Virus record (IMG/VR): IMGVR_UViG_3300032116_000277
Span: 1-53,218 of that record
Direction: 5' to 3' (one strand)
From: a virus
Taxonomy: Duplodnaviria; Caudoviricetes
Length of the DNA: 53,218 nucleotides
This document shows, piece by piece, positions 44,214-53,218 of the stretch. The number at the start of each line of letters is the position of its first letter. Position 1 is the first letter of the stretch. The translations under genes and the position numbers were made by a program. Under the pieces are notes generated by a model, which saw nothing but the letters and a program-made list of their open reading frames with translations, had not been told where the DNA came from and did not search any database.

Positions 44214-44985
44214 CTGGTTAAGTGTAACGTCTTTTATATCAAACTTTAAACAGCCTTTTGAAGCAGATAAGATAGCAGAAAAATCAAGTAAGAGTAAAAA
44301 ATCAAAGTGGTATGGTATGACTCCTGAGGCAATCAAGGATGCCTGGAAGTCAGAAGCAAACAGAGCCACAAGTCTTGGTACCTGGTATCACAACTGCAGA
44401 GAAAAAGATATATGTGAAGTAGAATCCATGGAACGCCATGGTGTAGTTATACCTGTTATAAAACCCATAGAAAAAGACGGAGTTAAGTATTCTCCAAACC
44501 AGAAGCTTTCTAGTGGAGTCTATCCCGAGCATATGGTTTATTTAAAGTCTGCTGGTATTTGTGGCCAGTCAGATCTAGTAGAAGTAGTCAATGGAGAAGT
44601 ACATATTACAGACTACAAGACCAACAAAGAAATTAAAGTAGAAGGATACACAAACTGGGAAGGTATAACACAAAAAATGTTTCCTCCTATTAGCCACCTT
44701 GATGATTGTAATCTTAATCATTACGCTTTACAGCTTAGTACTTACATGTTCATGATACTAAAGCATAATCCAAAATTAAAGTTTGGAAGCTTGACAATAC
44801 ATCACATCATGTTTGAAGAAGTTGATAAAGATAAGTTTGGTAATCCCATAACTGCTCTTGACAGTAATGGTGATCCCATAGTAAAAGATATTGTACAGTA
44901 TGATCTGCCTTATTTAAAACAAGAAGTTATTTCACTACTGCATTGGTTAGAAGATAATCGTCACAAGTTAAAAGCTAAACAATGA
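44152..44985 (+). CDS. PD-(D/E)XK (RecB/Cas4-like) nuclease
   Basis: SVTSFI, GTWYH, EHMVY, GQSDLV...ITDYKTNK, YALQLSTY. Confidence 0.85.
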   Translation: MIITFTPQHHKYSSIEPDDIDWLSVTSFISNFKQPFEADKIAEKSSKSKKSKWYGMTPEAIKDAWKSEANRATSLGTWYHNCREKDICEVESMERHGVVIPVIKPIEKDGVKYSPNQKLSSGVYPEHMVYLKSAGICGQSDLVEVVNGEVHITDYKTNKEIKVEGYTNWEGITQKMFPPISHLDDCNLNHYALQLSTYMFMILKHNPKLKFGSLTIHHIMFEEVDKDKFGNPITALDSNGDPIVKDIVQYDLPYLKQEVISLLHWLEDNRHKLKAKQ

Positions 44986-45200
44986 TTGTACAAACCATCC
45001 ATGAAATACTTAATCCTTTTGATGTAGAAGTTCGTGAGCTTGGTCATGGCGTGGCTTTGTTTATGATTGCAGGATCTATACATAGCAATCCTCAGTTTAT
45101 TGTACGCTTTTATCACACGGGAGAACTAAGAACAGTAGACCAAAATGATATAAAAGTTTACGGAAATCCAACAGCAGGAGAAAATTTAATACCACAATGA
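44982..45200 (+). CDS. Hypothetical protein
   Basis: 72-aa ORF, ATGA-coupled. Confidence 0.6.
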   Translation: MIVQTIHEILNPFDVEVRELGHGVALFMIAGSIHSNPQFIVRFYHTGELRTVDQNDIKVYGNPTAGENLIPQ

Positions 45201-45287
45201 AAAAGTTTATAAAGTTTTTAAAATGGCTAGAAGAATACCGGCTTGAACTTATGACAAGAGCAGGTAGACCCTGGTAAATAAAATATT

Positions 45288-45800
45288 ATGATAAGATTAT
45301 TTGATATACAGAACGGAAAGGTAACAGCAAGTGAACACTGCTATACTCTTAAGTTTCTTAAAAATATTATGGACTCATATCCAGATGAACATTTGCGGAT
45401 ATATGCGTATCTGTTTTACATGACCTGCCCTAACCCTGATCTAAACCCCTTCTTTGATGTACCCGAAGCTGAGAAAGAAGAGATTATTCTTCAAGAGATT
45501 GATGCTGACTTTTCCACTGATGATGACCTTATTGTCGTTGGTCTTAGAATGTGTGAGAAACTATACCAAACTCCCACGTACAGAGCGTACATGGGTATTA
45601 AGACAATGTTGGATAGGCTTGCGAAGTATATGGAGACCACGGAGATTGAGCACGGTAGAGACGGTAACATTACAGCACTTGTTAATGCAGCCGCGAAGTT
45701 TGAGGCTATCCGGCAAAGTTTTAAAGGTACGCTACGAGATCTGGAAGAAGAGCAGCAGTCTCAAGTAAGAGGAGGACAAAACTTAGCATACGACCAATGA
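45288..45800 (+). CDS. Conserved crAss-like protein upstream of TerL (candidate terminase small subunit)
   Basis: Helical, ends RGGQNLAYDQ; function inferred from position only. Confidence 0.4.
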   Translation: MIRLFDIQNGKVTASEHCYTLKFLKNIMDSYPDEHLRIYAYLFYMTCPNPDLNPFFDVPEAEKEEIILQEIDADFSTDDDLIVVGLRMCEKLYQTPTYRAYMGIKTMLDRLAKYMETTEIEHGRDGNITALVNAAAKFEAIRQSFKGTLRDLEEEQQSQVRGGQNLAYDQ

Positions 45801-46447
45801 CAATAGTATCTATAAGAGAATATAATAAAAGAATAGAGTCTGTTCTTTCTGACTCATATAAAGTTGTACTAACCGATGAGGAGTATAACTATAGAAAAGA
45901 ATATTCTGTAGACTGGTCAGATAAAAAACGAGACGCAGGTCCTCAGTACATTATTGATGACAACTACTTAGAGAAAAGAAGTACTAATGGGCACATGGGG
46001 CAAAGAGCTGTAGAGAAGTTTTTAGGTATAGAATTTACAGATCCTGATACTTCATATGATATAAAAAAGAATATCCCTGATTTATTACCTGCAGGATTAC
46101 ATATTGGAGTAAAGACGCATAGAGTAGCTAATCCTCCAATGCTTGATTTTATACCGGATCAAGTATATGAGAAGCTTGATCCTGTAAAACAAAAGAAAGC
46201 TCGTTATCCTCAGATTATTGTAACAAAGGATAATAACTGTGAAAAGACCTTTTATATACTTGGTGTTTATGCTCCTAAAGTTCTTTGGCATAAAGACTAT
46301 GTAGATAAAGGTCTGATATATGATGATAAACTTTTAGAGAAGGGAACTAAGATTCCTTTTATTGGTGTACATAAACGTGTACCATTTAAAAACAAGGAAG
46401 AACTAGTTTCTATCATAGGTCCTACATGGACTTCTACTGTAAGGTGA
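45797..46447 (+). CDS. Hypothetical protein, possible restriction-endonuclease fold
   Basis: GQRAVEKFLG...PDLL....IGVKT resembles PD-(D/E)xK; stop codon overlaps the tRNA. Confidence 0.45.
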   Translation: MTIVSIREYNKRIESVLSDSYKVVLTDEEYNYRKEYSVDWSDKKRDAGPQYIIDDNYLEKRSTNGHMGQRAVEKFLGIEFTDPDTSYDIKKNIPDLLPAGLHIGVKTHRVANPPMLDFIPDQVYEKLDPVKQKKARYPQIIVTKDNNCEKTFYILGVYAPKVLWHKDYVDKGLIYDDKLLEKGTKIPFIGVHKRVPFKNKEELVSIIGPTWTSTVR

Positions 46448-46527
46448 CGGAACTGGCAGACGTGCCTCCCTGTCTCGGAGGTGGATAGGGTTTCTTATCC
46501 TTGGAGGTTCAAATCCTCCCCTTACAG
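46438..46527 (+). tRNA. Atypical tRNA, anticodon GTC (Asp), long variable arm
   Basis: Acceptor TGTAAGG/CCTTACA+G; anticodon arm CCTCC-CTGTCTC-GGAGG; variable arm GGATAGG-GTTT-CTTATCC; T arm GGAGG-TTCAAAT-CCTCC. Confidence 0.75.
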
Positions 46528-46536
46528 CAAAAATAC

Positions 46537-46610
46537 CGCGGGGTGGTGTAACGGTAGCACACTGGGCTCATAACCCAGGAATCCTAGTTCAACTCTAGGC
46601 TCCGCAACCA
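46537..46610 (+). tRNA. tRNA-fMet (CAT), initiator type
   Basis: C1:A72 mismatch, CTGGG-CTCATAA-CCCAG with three G:C pairs, encoded CCA. Confidence 0.9.
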
Positions 46611-46626
46611 CATTAAATTAATTCTT

Positions 46627-46845
46627 ATGGAAAACAATGACTATGCCCTTTACAACTATGTGTTTCACTACAATGCTCATAATAAAAACTGGGCAGCTAT
46701 TCCTAGAGAACTTTATAATGACTACTGGAGTGACTCTACTAAACCTGGTATTCTAAGAAGTAAGTCTATTGATACTTTGATAGAAATCTTACACAAAACA
46801 GGTGGAGATAAAAAGAAAATAAGCAAGCTAGTTGGAGAAAAATAA
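46627..46845 (+). CDS. Hypothetical protein
   Basis: 72-aa ORF immediately before TerL. Confidence 0.65.
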   Translation: MENNDYALYNYVFHYNAHNKNWAAIPRELYNDYWSDSTKPGILRSKSIDTLIEILHKTGGDKKKISKLVGEK

Positions 46846-49039
46846 ACCATATATAGAAGTACCAACCTATGAAAATGGGCAGTGGGATCTAACTACTTTT
46901 TACTCAAGAGAAGAGTTCAGAGACTATTTGGTTAAGTTATTTAAAGAGCCTGGTCAATATGGTTTTGATGAAAGCAGTCAGATATTTAATGCTGAAGCTA
47001 GAAAATACCAACAACAAGGTTTTTACTGCCCAGCCCCTGTAAAAACTAAAGACTTTATTAATTACTGGGATGACCAGAAAATGAAGTGTAAGTCAGGCAT
47101 TATTGTAAAAAATAACGGTAATGCATGGTATATCAGTCGGGATTATTACATGTGGCTGAATTTTCTTCCTATCTACGACAAGGAAGAAAAACGTTTTGAC
47201 TTTGCAAAAGTCAGAGATGCTCAGTATCACATGGCTTTGTATGAACAGCTAGCAGAACTGCACTACAAACACTCAGCTATTTTAAAGAAACGTCAGATAG
47301 CCTCATCGTATTTCCATGCAGCTAAGTTGATCAACATGTTCTGGTTTGAGAACGGTGCCGTTCTTAAGATGGGAGCAAGTCTTAAAGATTATATTTCAGA
47401 GAAAGGTACTTGGCGTATGCTTACTGAATACCGTACATTTCTAAACGAGCATACTGCTTGGTACAGACCATCTGATCCAGATAAAGTATTTTCCTGGCAG
47501 CAGCGTATTAAGGTTCGTATTAGTGGACGAGATACTTACAAGGGTAATAAATCTATTATTACTGGAACCTCTTTTGAAAAAGACCCAACAAATGGTGTCG
47601 GTGGTCCGTGTACTTACTTCTTTCACGAGGAGGCTGGTATTGCTCCAAAGATGGATCAGACCTATGAGTATATGAGACCAGCCATGCAGAGTGGTATGAT
47701 TACTACAGGTATGTTTATTGCTGCAGGCTCAGTGGGTGATTTAGAAGCCTGTGAACCTTTGAAGCTAATGGTACTTCAACCAGAAGCTAATGATATCTAT
47801 GCAGTAGATTCAAATCTTATAGACAAAGAAGGAACTATAGGAAAGACTGGATTATTTATTCCTGAGCAGTGGAGCATGCCACCATTTATAGATCAGTATG
47901 GTAACTCTAAAGTAGAAGAAGCTCTTGCCGCAATAGTTGAAGAGAGGATAAGGTGGAAGAGAGATCTTACTCCTGAGCAGTATCAGTTAAGGATATCACA
48001 GAAACCAACAAACATAGAGGAAGCTTTTGCCACAAGAAAAGAATCGGTATTTCCTCCTCACCTTGTATCCAAACAGATTCAACGTATTCAGGATAAAGAA
48101 TACTCAGTAGAATACTTAGATCTTTCTAGAAACGCAGAAGGTAAGATTATAGATAAGCCTTCAAGGAAGATTCCAATCATGGAGTTTCCTATATCTAAAA
48201 AGACAGAAGACAAAGAAGGAGTTATTTGTGTGTATGAAAGACCTGTAAAAGATCCTACGTTTGGGATGTACTATGCCGCTGTTGACCCTGTAGGAGAAGG
48301 TAAGACTACAACTTCTGAATCACTTTGTGCCATCTATATCTACAAAAACCCGGTGGAAGTTATAAAAGATGAGGGCAACGGAAAGGTTACTAACACTATT
48401 GAGCGGGATAAGATTGTAGCCTCTTGGTGTGGCAGGTTTGATGACCTGAACAAGACGCATGAACGTCTGGAGCTAATGATTGAGTGGTACAACGCCTGGA
48501 CCGTAGTGGAAAACAACGTAGCCTTGTTTATTCAGTACATGATTAGTAAGAAGAAACAGCGTTACCTGGTACCAAAGGATATGATCCTGTTCCTAAAAGA
48601 CATCGGGGCTAACCGGAACGTATTCCAAGAATACGGGTGGAAGAACGTGGGTACACTTTTTAAGGGCACGATCTTGTCTTACGGGATAGAGTTTCTAAAA
48701 GAGGAACTTGACCATGAAACCAAAGCTGACGGAGAGATTGTAAAGACCTTCTACGGAGTAGAGCGTATTCCTGATATCATGCTTCTAAAAGAGATGCAGG
48801 CTTACCAGGACGGAATAAACGTAGACCGGCTGGTAGCTTTTTGCTCCTTGGTTGCGTTTGCTAAGGTCCAACAATCTAACCGTGGGTTGGCTAAACGTGT
48901 AGAGGTTACAGAACAAAAGTTGGATAACTCCCAGAAATTTAGTAAATTAAATTGGAGCCCCTTTAGACATTTAGGTGGCTCTAAAGGTGCTAGTTCTGGT
49001 ATGAAAGCTCCCAGAAACCCCTTTAAAAATATAAGATGA
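46832..49039 (+). CDS. terL: Terminase large subunit (crAss-like)
   Basis: ILKKRQIASSY, FFHEEAG, P...EEAF, AAVDP nuclease motif, VENN, NVDRLVAF; adjacent to the portal. Confidence 0.9.
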   Translation: MEKNKPYIEVPTYENGQWDLTTFYSREEFRDYLVKLFKEPGQYGFDESSQIFNAEARKYQQQGFYCPAPVKTKDFINYWDDQKMKCKSGIIVKNNGNAWYISRDYYMWLNFLPIYDKEEKRFDFAKVRDAQYHMALYEQLAELHYKHSAILKKRQIASSYFHAAKLINMFWFENGAVLKMGASLKDYISEKGTWRMLTEYRTFLNEHTAWYRPSDPDKVFSWQQRIKVRISGRDTYKGNKSIITGTSFEKDPTNGVGGPCTYFFHEEAGIAPKMDQTYEYMRPAMQSGMITTGMFIAAGSVGDLEACEPLKLMVLQPEANDIYAVDSNLIDKEGTIGKTGLFIPEQWSMPPFIDQYGNSKVEEALAAIVEERIRWKRDLTPEQYQLRISQKPTNIEEAFATRKESVFPPHLVSKQIQRIQDKEYSVEYLDLSRNAEGKIIDKPSRKIPIMEFPISKKTEDKEGVICVYERPVKDPTFGMYYAAVDPVGEGKTTTSESLCAIYIYKNPVEVIKDEGNGKVTNTIERDKIVASWCGRFDDLNKTHERLELMIEWYNAWTVVENNVALFIQYMISKKKQRYLVPKDMILFLKDIGANRNVFQEYGWKNVGTLFKGTILSYGIEFLKEELDHETKADGEIVKTFYGVERIPDIMLLKEMQAYQDGINVDRLVAFCSLVAFAKVQQSNRGLAKRVEVTEQKLDNSQKFSKLNWSPFRHLGGSKGASSGMKAPRNPFKNIR

Positions 49040-49133
49040 TCAGTTATAGCATACTTCCTGAACAAATAGTGTTTCAATCTACCAATACGTATGGGGTAGA
49101 AATAGTCTATAAATACGTAACTAATTAATTATC

Positions 49134-51875
49134 ATGCAGATATATAATGCTCTAGATCTAAAGGCTGGTAAGAAGGCCGAATATAACAAGATGGGTACCC
49201 TTACCCAGCCTATCCAGTTTTTATTAGAGAAGGAAAAGGATGAAGAATGGAGAGCGTGGAACCTAGATTGGCTAGAGTTTCAGGGAATGAAGCAGCTTAG
49301 GCGTAATGCCCGTAGGCTGATGAAGAACTACAAGCTTGCAAAAGGTATTATAGATAAGTCAGACTACATTGTAGAAGAGGATAACGAGATGGCAGATTTG
49401 ATAGATACTCTTACCAAAGAGGATGTATCAGCACTTGAGTTAAAGTTTTATCCTATTATTCCAAATGTAATCAATGTGTTATGCAATGAGTTTTCTAAAC
49501 GAAGCTCAAGAATAATGTTTAAAGCAGTAGACGATATTTCTTACAACGAGATGTTGGAAGAAAAAAGGTCTATGATTGAAAACATATTGCTAGAAGATGC
49601 AGAGCGTAAGATGATGCTAGAAATGCTATCAGCTGGTATTGAGCTTGATAGTGAAGAAATGCAAAAAGCAAATAGTCCTGATAATCTTAAGAAGCTTCCA
49701 GAAATAGAGTCTTTTTTTAGGAAAGACTATAGATCAATGATTGAGGAGTGGGCTACACATCAAATGAGTGTAGATGAAGAAAGATTTAAGATGCAAGAAC
49801 TTGAAGAGCGTGCTTTCCGTGATATGCTTATTACAGACCGCGAGTTCTGGCATTTTCGTATGATGGAAGATGATTATGAGCTAGAGCTTTGGAATCCTCT
49901 TTTGACTTTCTATCATAAGTCTCCAGACGTGCGATATATCAGTCAGGGTAATTGGGTAGGTAAGATGGATCTTATGTCTGTATCAGACGTAATTGATAAG
50001 TACGGATGGATGATGACACAGGATCAGTTAGAAGCTTTAGAAGCTATCTATCCTGTACGTTCTGCTGGTTATGCAATACAAGGTTATCAAAATGATGGAA
50101 CTTATTACGATCCAACTCGTTCTCATGAGTGGAATACTCAGATGCCATCCCTGGCTTATAGACAATTTACTTCTGTGTATGATGCCCAGTTTGGTACAGG
50201 CGATATAGTAGAATGGATACTGTCTGACTCAGAAGATACTGTTGACTTTGGAAAGAGTCATATGTTAAGAGTTTCTACTATTTATTGGAAGTCTCAACGA
50301 AAGGTTGGACATCTTACTAAAATCACAGATGAGGGAGAAGTAATTCAAGAGATAGTCAGTGATATTTATAAGGTTGTAGATAAGCCTATTTATAACACAA
50401 CTATTTATAAAGAAAAGTCAAAAGATAATTTAATCTACGGAGAACACATTGACTGGATCTGGATTAACGAAACATGGGGAGGTATTAAGATTGGACCTAA
50501 CCGTCCAGCATTCTGGGGTATGAACAATCCAGGTGGTATTAATCCTATTTATTTAGGATTAAATGGTGGCAAACCTGGTCGTATCCCATTCCAGTTTAAA
50601 GGAGATGCAACACTTTATGGCTGCAAACTTCCGGTGGAAGGTGCTGTATTTGGTGATAGAAACACCCGCAGTATTTCATTGGTTGATCTGATGAAGCCAT
50701 ACCAGATAGGTTATAATATCGTGAATAACCAGATAGCTGACATCTTAGTTGATGAGCTAGGCACGGTTATCATGCTGGACCAGAACGCTTTGCCTCGTCA
50801 CTCTCTCGGAGAAGACTGGGGTAAAAATAATCTGGCCAAAGCCTATGTGGCAATGAAGAACTTTCAGATGCTGCCTTTGGATACTTCTATTACCAATACA
50901 GAGAATGCTCTGAATTTCCAGCATTATCAGGTTTTGAATCTAGAGCAAACTAATCGTTTATTATCTAGGATTAATCTGGCAAGTTATTTTAAGAACCAGG
51001 CATTTGAAGTAATTGGTCTGAATCCTCAGCGTATGGGTCAGCAGATTGCTCAACAGCAAACTGCAACTGGCATTGAGCAGGCTATGAACGCCAGCTACGC
51101 CCAGACAGAGCAGTACTTTATTCAACATAGTGACAACCTTATGCCAAGGGTTCAACAGATGAGAACCGATCTGGCTCAGTATTATCATTCAAAGAAGCCT
51201 AGTGTAAGGCTTACCTATATTACTTCAAAAGACGAGAAAGTAAACTTTGAAGTAAATGGTACAGAACTTTTACTTAGAGACTTGAATATTTTCTGTACTA
51301 CAAAGACTAACTCTCGTGCTATTATGGAGCAGCTTAAGCAGTTGGCTCTAAACAATAATACAACCGGAGCTTCTATTTACGATCTTGGTAATGTAATTAA
51401 ATCTGAGTCTATAGCTGAACTTACTGGTGTTCTTAAAGCTGCAGAAGAAAAGAGTATGGCTCAAAAACAGGCAGAACTACAGCAGCAACAGCAAATGCAG
51501 CAGGAGATGCTTCAAAGCCAAGAGCGTCAAAAACAGATGGATCTTGAGTTTAGAGCTCAGCAGGCTGACATGGATCGTCAGAAAGATATTACAGTAGCTG
51601 AAATTAGAGCAGCTGGCTACGGATCTATGGCAGACATAAATAAAAATGAACAGTCTGACTTTCAAGATGCACTAGATAAAATAAGAAGTGAAGAACGCTA
51701 TCAAGAACAGATGAATATTAAAAAAGAGCAAGTACTTACTCAAAAAGAACAAGGAAATAGTAAGCTACAAATAGAAAAAGAAAAGTTACAGACTCAGCGT
51801 GAAATAGCTAATAAACAGTTAGAGATAGCTAGAGAAAACAAAAATAAGTATGATGTTTCTCCAAAAGGGAAATAA
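49134..51875 (+). CDS. Portal protein (crAss-like)
   Basis: 913 aa following TerL; KFYPIIP, SLVDLMKPYQI.YN, GLNPQRMGQ, C-terminal coiled coil. Confidence 0.85.
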   Translation: MQIYNALDLKAGKKAEYNKMGTLTQPIQFLLEKEKDEEWRAWNLDWLEFQGMKQLRRNARRLMKNYKLAKGIIDKSDYIVEEDNEMADLIDTLTKEDVSALELKFYPIIPNVINVLCNEFSKRSSRIMFKAVDDISYNEMLEEKRSMIENILLEDAERKMMLEMLSAGIELDSEEMQKANSPDNLKKLPEIESFFRKDYRSMIEEWATHQMSVDEERFKMQELEERAFRDMLITDREFWHFRMMEDDYELELWNPLLTFYHKSPDVRYISQGNWVGKMDLMSVSDVIDKYGWMMTQDQLEALEAIYPVRSAGYAIQGYQNDGTYYDPTRSHEWNTQMPSLAYRQFTSVYDAQFGTGDIVEWILSDSEDTVDFGKSHMLRVSTIYWKSQRKVGHLTKITDEGEVIQEIVSDIYKVVDKPIYNTTIYKEKSKDNLIYGEHIDWIWINETWGGIKIGPNRPAFWGMNNPGGINPIYLGLNGGKPGRIPFQFKGDATLYGCKLPVEGAVFGDRNTRSISLVDLMKPYQIGYNIVNNQIADILVDELGTVIMLDQNALPRHSLGEDWGKNNLAKAYVAMKNFQMLPLDTSITNTENALNFQHYQVLNLEQTNRLLSRINLASYFKNQAFEVIGLNPQRMGQQIAQQQTATGIEQAMNASYAQTEQYFIQHSDNLMPRVQQMRTDLAQYYHSKKPSVRLTYITSKDEKVNFEVNGTELLLRDLNIFCTTKTNSRAIMEQLKQLALNNNTTGASIYDLGNVIKSESIAELTGVLKAAEEKSMAQKQAELQQQQQMQQEMLQSQERQKQMDLEFRAQQADMDRQKDITVAEIRAAGYGSMADINKNEQSDFQDALDKIRSEERYQEQMNIKKEQVLTQKEQGNSKLQIEKEKLQTQREIANKQLEIARENKNKYDVSPKGK

Positions 51876-51945
51876 GTTATAGCTCTATTATCCATACTTC
51901 AGGTCTTTCTACTCAGCAACTTTTAAATTTTTAGGGTTTAAAGTT

Positions 51946-51963
51946 GTATATTATTATTGTAGA
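51946..51963 (+). promoter_or_regulatory. Putative phage late promoter GTATATTATTATTGTAGA
   Basis: Third copy of the motif, upstream of the ATG at 51991. Confidence 0.55.
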
Positions 51964-51990
51964 AGTACCCCATAAAAACCAATACAACTT

Positions 51991-53217
51991 ATGGAAAACC
52001 AAACAAATGTGCAGACATCTGTACAGCAAGTAGACGTAGACATTGATAGCTGGCTTGGAGCCCCCGGTGCTGAAAGCATTGTAACTCCAACAGCCGATGA
52101 GGCAAAAAAGCCTGAGGCTAAACCCAGTATCTTTTCTAGTAAAGAAGTAGATCTCAGTTTTATAGATCAAGAAGACAAACCTGAAGAGGTATCTAAAACT
52201 GAAGAAAAAGGTTCCACGGAAAACAAGGACACAGAAGTGCCAGTTTCCCGTGAAACATCTACAAATGTCTTTGATGAGCTAGATCAAGAAGAAGAGGATG
52301 AAAAGAAACCTAAAGGTGGTCGTCCAAGAACTGAAAAGTCTGGTCTAGTTGAGTTTTTAAAGAAACGCATTGAGTCAAAGGAAATGTTTGCCTTTGATGA
52401 CTATGATGAAAGTAAACAATCTCTTGATGACTACCTAGGTGGTCTTGGAGAGAAAGATATAGAGGAGCTCTGGCAGGCTAATATAGATAACCTTAAACAA
52501 GAGGTGGCAGCCAAGACTCCAAAAGAGTTCTTTGAGTCTTTACCTGATGAGTTGCAGTATGCAGCTAAATATGTAATGGACGGTGGTCAGGATCTAAAAG
52601 GTCTTTTCCAAGCTTTGGCTCAAGTTGAGCAGGTTCGTTCAATGAACCCAGCAGATGAAAATGACCAAGAAGGTATTGTAAGATCTTATCTACAAGCAAC
52701 TGGTTTTGGTTCTGAAGAAGAGATTCAAGAAGAACTAAACACTTGGAAGGATCTTGGAGTACTAGAAAAGAAAGCCAAACAGTTTAAGCCCAAGCTTGAC
52801 CAAATGCAAGAAGAAATTGTTCAGGCTCAATTAGCTGAACAAGAAGCAAGACAGCAGCAACAAGAACAAGCTGCTCAGGCTTACATGCAAAATGTATTTG
52901 AAGCTCTTCGTCCTGCTGAGATTAATGGTCTAAAACTTGACAAGAAAACACAAGCCCAACTTTATAGTGGTCTTGTCCAGCCTCAATATCCATCTATCAG
53001 CGGGCGTCCAACCAATCTTTTGGGACATCTTTTAGAGAAGTACCAGTTTGTTGAACCTAACTATCCGCTGATTGCTGAAGCTCTCTGGTTATTATCTAAC
53101 CCTGATGAGTATCGTCAAAGCCTTGTAAAACAAGGTAAGAACCAAGCAGTTGAACAAACTGTACGCCAGCTTAAGACTGAGCAGAGTCGTAAAAACGTCT
53201 CAACTTATCAGGAAGAA
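51991..53217 (+). CDS. Acidic head-assembly/scaffold-like protein after the portal (3' end outside window)
   Basis: Not in the ORF track. MENQTNVQTSVQQVDVDIDSWLGAPGAESIV... is open to the window end and E/D/Q-rich; this position precedes the major capsid gene in crAss-like phages. Confidence 0.65.
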   Translation, partial: MENQTNVQTSVQQVDVDIDSWLGAPGAESIVTPTADEAKKPEAKPSIFSSKEVDLSFIDQEDKPEEVSKTEEKGSTENKDTEVPVSRETSTNVFDELDQEEEDEKKPKGGRPRTEKSGLVEFLKKRIESKEMFAFDDYDESKQSLDDYLGGLGEKDIEELWQANIDNLKQEVAAKTPKEFFESLPDELQYAAKYVMDGGQDLKGLFQALAQVEQVRSMNPADENDQEGIVRSYLQATGFGSEEEIQEELNTWKDLGVLEKKAKQFKPKLDQMQEEIVQAQLAEQEARQQQQEQAAQAYMQNVFEALRPAEINGLKLDKKTQAQLYSGLVQPQYPSISGRPTNLLGHLLEKYQFVEPNYPLIAEALWLLSNPDEYRQSLVKQGKNQAVEQTVRQLKTEQSRKNVSTYQEE

Positions 53218-53218
53218 G

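Noticed and set aside
1-53218. CRISPR array, DGR or retron reverse transcriptase, or stop-codon reassignment
   Set aside because: No regularly spaced repeats or RT motifs were seen. Long genes are intact in the standard code with TAG and TGA used as stops, and no suppressor tRNA was found.

Overview
This is a 53 kb piece of a large, AT-rich tailed-phage genome of the crAss-like type, infecting a Bacteroidota host. Host evidence: TAnnTTTG promoters, signal peptides cleaved before Gln, a T9SS C-terminal sorting domain and a tRNA-Val att core. Layout: (1) 1-7266, minus strand, replication and recombination genes (exonuclease, GIY-YIG, primase, putative SSB, AAA_24 ATPase, DnaB-like helicase, DnaA-domain-IV protein). 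(2) 7371-9751, plus strand, lysis genes including a GH19 endolysin. (3) 9785-18281, plus strand, an unusual cassette of host-envelope proteins: two CsgG-like proteins, a cohesin/dockerin-like T9SS cargo, a C-type lectin carrying the same dockerin-like module, a Ser/Gly-stalked beta-barrel and a DUF2589 pair. (4) 18322-41000, mostly minus strand, early/middle genes (MoxR-VWA, UDG, SF2 helicase, HNH, PcfJ, archaemetzincin, MazG), a tyrosine integrase beside an attP matching the 3' half of tRNA-Val(TAC), and several kb of structured non-coding sequence containing a twister ribozyme and a tRNA minihelix mimic. (5) 41257-53218, plus strand, packaging and head genes (IHF-like, PD-(D/E)XK nuclease, two tRNAs, TerL, portal, acidic pre-capsid protein). 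All family calls come from motif recognition by eye; no database searches were run.
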